From NCBI GenBank assembly GCA_963745025.1, contig CAVUWD010000016.1, positions 1-64,000 on the forward strand: 64,000 nucleotides of DNA, read 5' to 3'. A program made the translations under genes and the position numbers. Shown one piece after another: positions 30,589 through 39,778 of the stretch. This DNA is from an uncultured delta proteobacterium. Its GTDB lineage: Bacteria > Desulfobacterota > Binatia > JACPRU01. The notes under the pieces were generated by a model that worked only from the letters and a program-made list of their open reading frames with translations, was not told where the DNA came from and did no database searches. Every line of letters begins with the position of its first letter. Within the stretch, counting starts at the first letter, position 1.

Positions 30589-31745
30589 AGACTGGCGCTG
30601 CGGCCTTCGAGCTGCTGCAGGGCAACGAGGCGTGTGCACGGGCGGCCGTGGACGCGGGCTGCCGCTTCTACGCGGGCTACCCGATCACGCCCTCGTCGGA
30701 GATCGCCGCGGCGATGGCGGCGGCCCTGCCGCCGCTGGGCGGGGTTTTCGTGCAGATGGAGGACGAGATCGCGTCCATGGGGGCTATCCTGGGGGCCTCG
30801 CTGGCGGGGGCGAAGGTGATGACCGCCTCCAGCGGTCCCGGCTTCTCGCTGATGCAGGAGCACATCGGCTACGCGGCATACGCCGAGATCCCCTGCGTGA
30901 TCGTGGACGTCATGCGGGCGGGCCCGAGCACGGGGCTGCCCACGAGCCCGGCCCAGGGCGACGTCATGCAGGCGCGCTGGGGCACGCACGGCGATCATCC
31001 CATCGTGGTGCTGGCGCCCGCCTCGGTGGCGGAGGTCTACGAGCTGACGGTGCGCGCCTTTGCGCTGAGCGAGCGTTACCGGACGCCAGTCATCCTCCTC
31101 TTCGACGAGGTCATCGGGCACGTCCACGAGCGGGTGCCGGTTGCGCACGCTGCGGACGTGGTCGGCGTGGAGCGTGCGCGGCCGCAGGGTGGGTCCGAGA
31201 CATTTCGCCCCTACGCCGCCGTCCCCGGCGGCGTGCCGCCGATGGCGGACTTCGGTTCCCGCTACCGCTTCCACGTCACGGGGCTCGCCCACGACGAGCG
31301 CGGCTATCCCACCCAGAGCGCCGCCGAGGTGGCGCGGCTCCAAGAGCGGCTGCACGCCAAGATCGAGCACGGCCGCGCCGACATCGTCGAGTGGGAGGGG
31401 GTGGGCCTGGAGGACGCGGACACGGTCGTGGTGGCCATCGGCATCGCGGCACGGGCGGCGCGCGCGGCGGCGGCGCGGGCGCGCGCGGGGGGAGCCAGGG
31501 TCGGCGTCTTCCGCCCGCGCACGCTCTGGCCCTTCCCCGACCGCGAGGTGGCGGAGGTGGCGGCGCGTGCGCGAACCGTGGTAGTGGCCGAGATGAACAT
31601 GGGGCAGATGCTGCGCGAGGTCGAGCGCGCGGTGGGCGGGCGCGCGCCAGTGGTGGCGTGCCTGCGCGCCGACGGGCAGCCGCTGTCGCCCGAGGACGTG
31701 CTGGCCCGGCTGGAGTCCCTCGACCAGGCGGGAGCACGACGGTGA
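30585..31745 (+). CDS. korA: 2-oxoacid:ferredoxin oxidoreductase alpha subunit
   Basis: GNEAC, YAGYPITPSSEI, QMEDEIAS, SSGPGFSLMQE, RAGPSTGLPT and EMNMGQ; GTG overlaps the iorB stop (GTGA). Confidence 0.92.
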   Translation: MKTGAAAFELLQGNEACARAAVDAGCRFYAGYPITPSSEIAAAMAAALPPLGGVFVQMEDEIASMGAILGASLAGAKVMTASSGPGFSLMQEHIGYAAYAEIPCVIVDVMRAGPSTGLPTSPAQGDVMQARWGTHGDHPIVVLAPASVAEVYELTVRAFALSERYRTPVILLFDEVIGHVHERVPVAHAADVVGVERARPQGGSETFRPYAAVPGGVPPMADFGSRYRFHVTGLAHDERGYPTQSAAEVARLQERLHAKIEHGRADIVEWEGVGLEDADTVVVAIGIAARAARAAAARARAGGARVGVFRPRTLWPFPDREVAEVAARARTVVVAEMNMGQMLREVERAVGGRAPVVACLRADGQPLSPEDVLARLESLDQAGARR

Positions 31746-33190
31746 GCGTGGTTACGCCCGAGTTCGATTACCGACAGTACCTGCGGCTGGACATGATGCC
31801 GCACATGCTGTGCCCGGGCTGCGGCCACGGGATCGTGCTCAAGGCGATCCTGCGAGCCGTGCACCACCTCGGTCTCGCGCGCGAGAACGTGGTGTTCGTG
31901 TCGGGGATCGGCTGCTCGAGCCGCATCGTTGGCTACGTGGACTTCTGCACGCTGCACACCACGCACGGCCGCCCCCTGACCTTCGCCACGGGCCTGAAGC
32001 TCGCGCGCCCCGAGCTCAACGTGGTGGTCATCACCGGCGACGGTGACGGGCTGGCCATCGGGGGCAATCACCTCATCCATGCCGCGCGCCGCAACATCGA
32101 CCTGACCTGCCTGCTCCTCAACAACGCCATCTACGGCATGACGGGCGGACAGGGTGCCCCCACCACGCCGCCGGGCGCCCGCAGCAGCATCGCGCCGCGC
32201 GGCACGGTGGAGCCGGCCTTCGACGCGTGCCGCCTGGTGACCGGGGCCGGGGCCACGTTCGTCGCCCGCGGGCTCACCGCCTCGCCCCTGGCCCTGGACG
32301 ACCTGATCGCGCAGGCGATGACGCACCGGGGATTCTCGTTCGTGGAGGTGCTGAGCGACTGCCCGGAGTACTTCGGCCGCTACAACGCGCTGGGGCGCGG
32401 GCCCGAGATGCTCCAGGCCCAGCGCAGTCACTTGGAGTGGGTGGGGGAATCTCTGGGTGAAAAGAAGTTCGTTCCCGGGCTGGCCTGCGACACCGCGCAC
32501 GAGCCCCTGCCCTCGGTACCCTCTGGCGTTCTGCATCGCGAGACGCGGGCCGAGTTCGTCGAGACGCTGCGGCACGCCGCCGCCACCGCTTCGCGGCCCA
32601 CCGCGAGACCCGTCGAGCCGGTGACGACGGCCGTGGACGAGGAGGCGCCGCGGCCGGGCCTGGCGCGGATCCGCCTGGCGGGGGCGGGCGGTCAGGGCAT
32701 CGTGCTGGCGGGCCTGCTGCTGGCGGAGGCCGCGGTCGCCTCCGGGCGCAACGCCACTCAGGCGCAGGTCTACGGCCCGGAGTCGCGCGGCGGGGCGAGC
32801 AAGGCGGAGGTCATCATCAGCGACGGGGAGATCGCCTACCCGTACGTCGAGCGCGTCGACCTGCTGCTCGCCCTCACCCAGGAGGCGCACGACCGCTACG
32901 TGGGGCAGCTCGAGCCCACAGGCGTGCTGCTCGTCGACGACGGCCACGTGCGCCCGGCGGCCGGCGCGGGGGCGGCGTGTCACCAGCTGCCCGTCACGGC
33001 CACGGCGATGCGCGTGCTCGGCACGGCCATCGGCGCCAACCTCGTCGCCCTCGGCGCGCTCGTCGCGCTCTCCGGCGTGGTGTCGCTGGAGGCGCTCGAG
33101 CGCGTCATCGCCGCCCGGCGCCCGGGCGGCAGCGCCGAGCGCGGCCTCGCCGCCCTGCGCGCCGGCCTGGAGCTGGTGCGCGCGCACTGA
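31742..33190 (+). CDS. korB: 2-oxoacid:ferredoxin oxidoreductase beta subunit fused to a gamma (KorC/PorC) domain
   Basis: LCPGCGHG, SGIGCSSR, TPP motif GDGDG...NNAIYGMTGGQ; after a linker IRLAGAGGQGIVLAG and YGPESRGGASKAEV; GTGA overlap with korA. Confidence 0.92.
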   Translation: MSVVTPEFDYRQYLRLDMMPHMLCPGCGHGIVLKAILRAVHHLGLARENVVFVSGIGCSSRIVGYVDFCTLHTTHGRPLTFATGLKLARPELNVVVITGDGDGLAIGGNHLIHAARRNIDLTCLLLNNAIYGMTGGQGAPTTPPGARSSIAPRGTVEPAFDACRLVTGAGATFVARGLTASPLALDDLIAQAMTHRGFSFVEVLSDCPEYFGRYNALGRGPEMLQAQRSHLEWVGESLGEKKFVPGLACDTAHEPLPSVPSGVLHRETRAEFVETLRHAAATASRPTARPVEPVTTAVDEEAPRPGLARIRLAGAGGQGIVLAGLLLAEAAVASGRNATQAQVYGPESRGGASKAEVIISDGEIAYPYVERVDLLLALTQEAHDRYVGQLEPTGVLLVDDGHVRPAAGAGAACHQLPVTATAMRVLGTAIGANLVALGALVALSGVVSLEALERVIAARRPGGSAERGLAALRAGLELVRAH

Positions 33191-33390
33191 GCCCTTCGCC
33201 CTGTGGGATGTGACCCGTCCCGGGATCGGGGCCCGCACACTGCGAGCCGCCACGCCCCCGCAAGGACCCAGGCGACGATCAAATCTCTCGACCGAACTCG
33301 ACGGCCGACGCCGTTTGTGCAAGCGGGTTGGCTGGTCTCCAGGACGACGATCGTGATAGGCGACTCGAGAATCCGGGAAGGGAGGCGGCG

Positions 33391-33645
33391 ATGAACGCGA
33401 GATGGTATCGACGGCGCGGGGCGGTGTTGATCGTGACCTCGCTGATGTTCCTGCTGCTCAGTGCATCTACGGTTCGTACCGATGAGGCGGCACCGGCCTC
33501 CACGGTGCTCGCGGCCGAACAGCATGAGTCGGGGAGCGAAGTGTCGTTGCTCGAGCTCAAGCGCGCTTCCGGCGCGGTGGGGGCAGGTGCGGGTGGCGTA
33601 GCATTCGAGGGTAGCATTCAAGGCGTGGGCATTTTATCGGCGTAG
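33391..33645 (+). CDS. Small secreted/membrane hypothetical protein
   Basis: RBS GGAGG, ATG 33391, basic N-terminus and hydrophobic helix. Confidence 0.4.
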   Translation: MNARWYRRRGAVLIVTSLMFLLLSASTVRTDEAAPASTVLAAEQHESGSEVSLLELKRASGAVGAGAGGVAFEGSIQGVGILSA

Positions 33646-33702
33646 GGAATAGGTAAGTCGAGGCCTTCTCGCGGGGGCTTCACCAACACGAAAGGAGCAC
33701 CG

Positions 33703-34491
33703 ATGGAGTTCATGCAAGTGCTGGGCAACCGGCGCACGATCCGATTCTTCGAGCCTACCAAGCCCGTGGAGCGCGAGAAGATCCAGGTCATCCTGGAGGC
33801 CGCGAACCGGTCGTCCCGGGGGATCAACGTCGACTTCTGCAAGAGCATCGTCGTCTACCGCGACGAGATCAGCGACAGCGTCCGGCAGCGGCTGAAGACG
33901 CCGACGACCAACGTGGCTCTAGACCTCGCCCCCGTTTGGATTTTCTTCTACGGCGACATGAAATACCCCGCCCAGGGAAAGACGAGTCTCAAGCAGCTGG
34001 TCGACCTCGGCGCTCTCCCCGCGACCCATGGCTGGTCCCATGCCTACGTCGACGACGTGATCTGGGGCAACGTCATCGGGGTATTCGCCAACGACCCGAC
34101 GCTCAACATGTGGTTTCTTTCCGTCGAGTGCGGCTTGGCCATCTGCCAAGCGATGCTGACCGCCTACGAGGAGGGGCTCGGGGCAGGCCTGCATGCGTTC
34201 GACGCAAACGTGGCCAAGGAGGTGCTCAAGGTCCCCGATCACTGGTTCCCCATGTGGATGCTCCTCGTCGGCTACCCCGCCGAGGACCCCAAGGCGGGCG
34301 GGCAGCGTCCCCGGCGTCCCTTGGGCCAGAACAACTTCCTGGGACAGTACGGCGTTCCGTTCCCCGAGGATCCGGCGGTGACGGAGAAGCTCAAGCAGCG
34401 GGGGTTGATCCAGGAGCCCATGTCGCCGGACAGCCGGGCGCGCAAGGCCGAGATTCGCAAGCTGGCGGAGCGCTTCGGCCTGCCCATGTAG
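33703..34491 (+). CDS. Nitroreductase-family protein (atypical, C-terminally extended)
   Basis: RRTIRFF FMN-binding motif, EEGLG, VGYP; RBS AAGGAG; full-length similarity to 61989-62855. Confidence 0.85.
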   Translation: MEFMQVLGNRRTIRFFEPTKPVEREKIQVILEAANRSSRGINVDFCKSIVVYRDEISDSVRQRLKTPTTNVALDLAPVWIFFYGDMKYPAQGKTSLKQLVDLGALPATHGWSHAYVDDVIWGNVIGVFANDPTLNMWFLSVECGLAICQAMLTAYEEGLGAGLHAFDANVAKEVLKVPDHWFPMWMLLVGYPAEDPKAGGQRPRRPLGQNNFLGQYGVPFPEDPAVTEKLKQRGLIQEPMSPDSRARKAEIRKLAERFGLPM

Positions 34492-34872
34492 GTGTGGGGC
34501 AACCCGATTTTGAACGTCCCTGGCGAGACAGATCTCCGCTCGTTTCCAACGGTCCAGCGCTGGTTTGCCAGTGCAGGCCACGACGAGGACCCACCCGAGA
34601 TGCAGGAGCGTCTACTGGGCATCCTTGCCGACTTCTGCGAGCAGACTGGCAAGTCGCCCGACGAGCTCGTCGATGGCAGCTTCTTGCGCAGGAAGACCAC
34701 AGGCGATTTATTTATCAGCGCCAAGGCCCGGCAGCGAATGAACGAGGCCATCGCCGAGTTCGTGACAAAGAAGGGCTGGAGCGGGCGCGACGCCGTCGCC
34801 AATGGCAACGTTGTGCGTGGCTTCCTGATCCACAATGGTGTCCTGATCCAGGGAGGTGCCTGGACCGGGTGA
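34492..34872 (+). CDS. Hypothetical protein directly abutting the nitroreductase
   Basis: GTG immediately follows the nitroreductase TAG; globular 126-aa ORF (FCEQTGKSPDELV...GFLIHNGV). Confidence 0.65.
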   Translation: MWGNPILNVPGETDLRSFPTVQRWFASAGHDEDPPEMQERLLGILADFCEQTGKSPDELVDGSFLRRKTTGDLFISAKARQRMNEAIAEFVTKKGWSGRDAVANGNVVRGFLIHNGVLIQGGAWTG

Positions 34873-35175
34873 TACATCCACGCGCGAGAGCCGATGCCAG
34901 CAAGCGGTCGTTGTCGCCGGATGTCCCAATGGTTTAATTAATTTATTCGGTACACCACGGGCTCGGGATGAATCCACGGCTTCTACGTGGCAAGCTGGCC
35001 AGTCGATAATGTTTTGCCGAACGATCGCGCGAGTCAAGCCCTTCGACGAGCACGCCTTGGCGACGAGCCCGCGACGGCGGAGCGCCGCGATTCTGCGCCC
35101 AAGTCCTTGAAGAGCCCGTGTCCCGGCGCTAAAAGGATCGGCCGGCCGATGCGGCGGATCGGCGGCTGACCCCAC

Positions 35176-35249
35176 GCGCCCGTAGCTCAACGGATTAGAG
35201 CATCAGACTACGGATCTGGGGGTTACAGGTTCGAATCCTGTCGGGCGCG
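35176..35249 (+). tRNA. tRNA-Arg (anticodon ACG)
   Basis: Acceptor GCGCCCG/CGGGCGC, D arm, anticodon arm TCAGA-CTACGGA-TCTGG, T loop GGTTCGAATCC; CCA not encoded. Confidence 0.97.
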
Positions 35250-35373
35250 CTTTCTTCTAGACCTTGTGCCGCAACGATTTACGGCGTTTTTCGAGAGCGG
35301 CTTTCGGTACGCTCCGGGCGGCTCGAAGTGGCTACCTATGGCGAGCCTATGGCAACGCCGAAACGTCGGCCGC

Positions 35374-35676
35374 CTAAGCCGCGGTTCGAGCCGACCAACG
35401 CTCGGCCGAGAAGATTGCCCGCCTCACAGTGCTCGGCTCCCAGCCGAGCCAGCCGCACGCCTCGTTGAAACTGACCACGCCAATGTTGCCGTCCTCTATC
35501 CAGGCGCGTGCGGCCGCCACTTCGGCCGGCTTCGTCGTCGCCACGATATGGGCGAAGTCTTCGCCCCGCACGAGCCTGACCGCGTCGAACATTACCTCGG
35601 CGTAGAGGTTTTGCTCCGGACGGGCGGAGACGTTGCGCCACAGCGACATGGGAATCAACGGCTCGACGACAAACAT
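35374..35676 (-). CDS. Small conserved hypothetical protein (PExxL..AV..DA / AW / SF...C..LG family)
   Basis: PEQNLYAEVMFDAV...AARAWI...SFNEACGWLGWEPSTVRR pattern, recalled from Binatia-like genomes and phages. Confidence 0.55.
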   Translation of the reverse strand: MFVVEPLIPMSLWRNVSARPEQNLYAEVMFDAVRLVRGEDFAHIVATTKPAEVAAARAWIEDGNIGVVSFNEACGWLGWEPSTVRRAIFSAERWSARTAA

Positions 35677-36231
35677 ACGCCGACCGTGGCACGAGCGCGG
35701 GAGCGCGGGTATAGGGTGTTGCCCTTACCAGCGTCGCCAGAGCTCTCAGGCACGACGAAGCGACTCTAGGTGTTTTCCCTTACTGGTGCGGACTCTCGTC
35801 CTCGTGGCAGGTGTACGCCGCCACGACCAAGCGACCCCGATAGCGTGGGCTGAACGGCAGAATCACTTCACGCTTCGGGGTCGCCCCCACCCCGAGACTC
35901 GCCACGGTCTTGCGGCTCATAGCTCCTTCACGTCCGGTAGTCGCTGACGATCGCGCCAGCGATGCAAAATCTTCCTCCCGCGGGATCGCCGTGCCGACCT
36001 GACCGCCCACCAACCGATTTCCACCAATGCTTTCTTCCTACCTCCTCGTCACCCAACCCCGTTTACCGGCAGCAGCCGTGAGGCCTTCGTGCCTCCGGCT
36101 GCTGTCGGTTTCGCCTTCTTTTTTTGCCAAAAATCCGCAACCCGCAAAATCGCAATTCGCCGCACGGAGCAACTGACGCTACCTCGACGACGTTGGCCCA
36201 CATCGATGACTCCACGCCCGCCATTTGCGCC

Positions 36232-36508
36232 ATCGAAGGCGAGCGCAAGCAGGTGACGGTGCTCTTCGCCGACGTGCAAGGCTCCATGGCGCTGGCCGAG
36301 CAAGTCGATCCCGAGAGGTGGCACGGGATTCTTGACCGCTTCGTCCAGATCCTCATCGACGGAGTTTCACCGCTTCGAGGGAACGGTCAATCAGTACATG
36401 GGCGACGGGATCATGGCCTTCTTCGGGGCGCCGATCGCGCACGAGGCCCACGCGGCGCGCGCTTGCTACGCGGCGCTGTCGCTCCAGGAAGACCTTCGCC
36501 GCTTAGCG
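36232..36508 (+). pseudogene. Class III adenylate/guanylate cyclase fragment
   Basis: EGERKQVTVLFADVQGSM...(frameshift ~36366)...HRFEGTVNQYMGDGIMAFFGAPIAHEAHAARAC; similarity ends at the stop of the convergent nrsF. Confidence 0.85.
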
Positions 36509-37195
36509 ACGCCTGAGCGACAGGAGCGCCTGCCCGAGCAGCGCGCCCGCGCCGGCCAGAGCAAACAGCGGCAGGACGTGGCCGAGCAGCAAGTGCGGCA
36601 CAAAGGCAACCGGACACCAGAGGTCAACTGCGACCCACGCGCAGGCGCCGGCTGCAAGTCCCATTACCGCGCCGTTGAGCGCGGGCTGCACGGGGGCGCT
36701 CCGGCGTATGGCGAGGAAAGACAACAGAGGCCCAACCGCGACGAGGAGCGACAACGAAAGGCACCGCCACCCAGGCCGTTCCGGCCACGCCACCATGGCG
36801 TCGCCGAACGCCATGCTCCAGCCCACCTTCCACGCAAACAGACCGATCGGTATCAGAACGGCTCCGTAAAGAAGCCAGCTGCGAGGCCGTCCGAGCATCG
36901 ATCGGCCTCTCCCGAGTGCGACCCACAAAGCCGTCGCCGTAACACCCATTGCACCACCGGCCGTCGTCACGACAAGCCAGACCGATCGCTCCAAGTGTTG
37001 CGACGGCGCGACCTCGCCGCCAAGCCCCAACAACTTGCCCTGCGACATGAGCAGCGCGAAGATCACAAACGCGCCAATACCGCTAGCGACCGCGACCACA
37101 CTGATGAACATGTTGCGGCGCTTGACCGCTGCGCGCGTCGGCGATGGCTCCGCCGCGGCCGCCGCCAACACCCGCGCCCTGAGTTCCGCGCTCAC
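36503..37195 (-). CDS. nrsF: NrsF-family (DUF1109) membrane anti-sigma factor
   Basis: Several TM helices, conserved Cys (GWRCL, LWCP) and HLLLGH; GTG overlaps the sigma-factor stop. Confidence 0.8.
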   Translation of the reverse strand: MSAELRARVLAAAAAEPSPTRAAVKRRNMFISVVAVASGIGAFVIFALLMSQGKLLGLGGEVAPSQHLERSVWLVVTTAGGAMGVTATALWVALGRGRSMLGRPRSWLLYGAVLIPIGLFAWKVGWSMAFGDAMVAWPERPGWRCLSLSLLVAVGPLLSFLAIRRSAPVQPALNGAVMGLAAGACAWVAVDLWCPVAFVPHLLLGHVLPLFALAGAGALLGQALLSLRRR

Positions 37196-37803
37196 GGCGT
37201 TTCTCCCGCTTCGCGAAACACGGCACGCAAAGCCTGGTAGGCTCGATGGGTTCTCAGCTTCACGGCGGTCACCGACGTTCCCAATACTTCCGCTGCTTCT
37301 TTGAGACTCAGGCCTTCCTGCTGGAGAAGTTGGTACGCGGTGCGTTGGGCCTCGGGGAGGGCATCGAGCCGCTGCCGGACGCGCCCCTCCAGGCGGCGCG
37401 CGTGCAAGAGATCGTCGGCGGCAGCCATCGCTGCAGTCGGTTCGTACGTCATCCGATCGTCGTCGGCCGGAGCCTCCGAGAATAGGCGCTGCTCCACGCG
37501 GCGCCGTCGAGCGCTGTCGATCATCAGTCGCCGCGCGATCGCATAGGCCCACGGCATCACACGGGCACCCGGTATGAATGACCCGCGCTCCCGGTGAATC
37601 TGTAGCAGCGTCTGTTGCATCAAGTCCTCCGCAGCGGCGTGATCCCTCGTGGCTTTGCGCAAGAAGCCAAGCAGGCGCGGCGCGATCGCATCGTACAATT
37701 CGGCAAACGCAGCCTCATCACCCTTGGAGTAGCGCTCCATGGATGCGTCCGCGCCGTCAACGCCTGGTTTTGCCACAACACGCTCGGTGCTCTTCCCTAG
37801 CAT
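37192..37803 (-). CDS. ECF RNA polymerase sigma factor
   Basis: GDEAAFAELY, AEDLMQQTLL, WAYAIARR, region 4 EGLSLKEAAEVLGTSVTAVKLRTHRA. Confidence 0.93.
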   Translation of the reverse strand: MLGKSTERVVAKPGVDGADASMERYSKGDEAAFAELYDAIAPRLLGFLRKATRDHAAAEDLMQQTLLQIHRERGSFIPGARVMPWAYAIARRLMIDSARRRRVEQRLFSEAPADDDRMTYEPTAAMAAADDLLHARRLEGRVRQRLDALPEAQRTAYQLLQQEGLSLKEAAEVLGTSVTAVKLRTHRAYQALRAVFREAGETP

Positions 37804-38741
37804 AGATACGAAACCGGGCGACCAAAGTTTCTCCGTCCAAGAGCTAAGTCAACCCGTCGATCTCATCCATCCGTAATCAGTAGCCGAGCGGCACTTTCGC
37901 CGCCCACGACTCAAAACCGGCGCACGCAGCCGCCAAAGGAGACTTGTATCAAAACTTCCGAAAGGTTCGCACGTCCGCCCACGCTCCTCTTCGCCGGCGT
38001 GGCTCTCTCAGCCTGCCCGCGTCCTCGGACCGAAGCCGCGCAAGCGATCGAGTGTACTTTTTCAGATGCTCGCGATCTTTGTCGGTCAGCTCTCGACCGA
38101 AACGCGAGAGACCCATGTTTTCGTTGGGATCGGCGATCTTCGGCTCTCGCTCGATCGGGTTCAGCGCTACTCGGTCGCTGAAGGAGTCGTAGCTCTCGCC
38201 CTCATCGTGGTGCCTGGGGCGTTCGGTGCTGCCGGGCCGCGATGAAGGGGGGATACCACCGGCGGCCAGAGTATCGCTCCGATACGCTTTGCGTCAAAAA
38301 CTTGTGTTTCTGATGCAGCGGATGCGCACGGGTGGCTGCGCGGAATCGCTCGCCCTCGAAGCGCCTCTCTTCACGGCCCGCTTCAGCGTGCTCAGCCCAT
38401 GGGATTGATGCGCTCCGAGCTGCTCCTCGTGCTTAGGATTGGGGATCATGCACGACCCTCGAAATGGGGCAAAAATGGGCAGGTGCCTCGCAAACCCTTA
38501 TCCTGTGCGGGTTCTCTGAGTCCGATGCTGGCCAAAGTGTCTGTTCGGGTCGGATTGACATTACCTGCGCGTGGGGGAAATCCCACGTCGAATTTGACAA
38601 AATTTGGTAACTTGTGACGAGATCTCGACGCCTATCCCCTAAACTTAGTCCGTTTTCAAAACCCAAAGTTCGGCACTGCTCTTGCAACCATAGAAAAGTG
38701 AGCGTGTTCGTGGCAGAACACGCTTGCTCGAACGGCTTGCG

Positions 38742-38987
38742 ATGACAATCAAATCCGCCATCTATCTCGTCATCCAGCGGCTACATTTCACAGCAGAGGG
38801 CTGGCCCGGATATCTCGATGTCATCACTGAGCCCTCATACATGGATTCCCACGCGGCTCGGGCCCGTCTGGAGGAACTCGCCGCTCTCTACGAGACGGAA
38901 GAGAAGCGCAAGGCGCTCGCAGCTCTGGGCGCTGAAACCCGCTTCTATCTGCGAGATGTCTCGCTCGTTGAGGGAATGGAACAGTAA
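38742..38987 (+). CDS. Small hypothetical protein
   Basis: Protein-like short ORF downstream of an AT-richer region containing two TTGACA hexamers. Confidence 0.4.
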   Translation: MTIKSAIYLVIQRLHFTAEGWPGYLDVITEPSYMDSHAARARLEELAALYETEEKRKALAALGAETRFYLRDVSLVEGMEQ

Positions 38988-39279
38988 GAACCGCGCGGTG
39001 GGGGAAGGTTTCGCCTCGTGGCCCCAGGTCGAGCAGCTCCACCCGCGAAATGCGTGAAGCACGCTGAGCGGCGGAGTGGTGCGGAACTTTGGCGCTTCGG
39101 CCCGGTGAGATCGTTTCCGGCTGGACCGACGGCCTCATGTTCGATGCCTCGCAGAAGCTGGTCAGGCTGATTGGGAGAATGCCGCCGCTTCTGAAACTTT
39201 TCGTGACCTGGTACGCAGTTCGATACCCCACCCGCCGACTAGGAGTTCGAGCGGGAGATTTCGATCCCAGGCGCCGGGT

Positions 39280-39711
39280 TCACTCCTTGATCTTCATGCT
39301 GATGCCGCCGACGCCGAAGGTGAACTTCAGGCCTTGCGTAGCCGACACCAGCCTTACGTTCACTCCGTTCTGGTTCGTCATGGTGGCTGCCGATGCGCCT
39401 CCAGCCACCGTCGCCCCGGCCGCCGCAGCCGTGTAGTTGCCGTCGAAGTTCGAGAGGTTCTTCAGGTTGTAGACTACCCCGGTTGCCTTCAGCCTAGTGG
39501 CGCCAACGTCAACCACGGAGAGACCCGACACCTCGATCGGATAGGTCTTCCCCGCGTAAAGGAGATCGCCGCTTGCCCAGACGATCCCCACGCCGACGGC
39601 CATGGAGCCGCCGCTCAGCCTGATCGTTGCATCGGGTTTGTCCTCTGCCTGCGCCGCAGTCAGCAGAAAACCCAACGCAGCCGTCATCATCAAAATGCTT
39701 ACAGCTCGCAT
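39280..39711 (-). CDS. Secreted DUF1134-like protein
   Basis: Signal peptide; GVGIVWASG.L, GLSVVDVG, VYNLKNLSNFDGNY and MTNQNGV...QGL motifs. Confidence 0.75.
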   Translation of the reverse strand: MRAVSILMMTAALGFLLTAAQAEDKPDATIRLSGGSMAVGVGIVWASGDLLYAGKTYPIEVSGLSVVDVGATRLKATGVVYNLKNLSNFDGNYTAAAAGATVAGGASAATMTNQNGVNVRLVSATQGLKFTFGVGGISMKIKE

Positions 39712-39778
39712 TTCATATTGCCTGCCTTTCTCTTCTTGGTGTCCCGAGTTCGCCGAAGTTAGGCTCGACGAGGTGATT

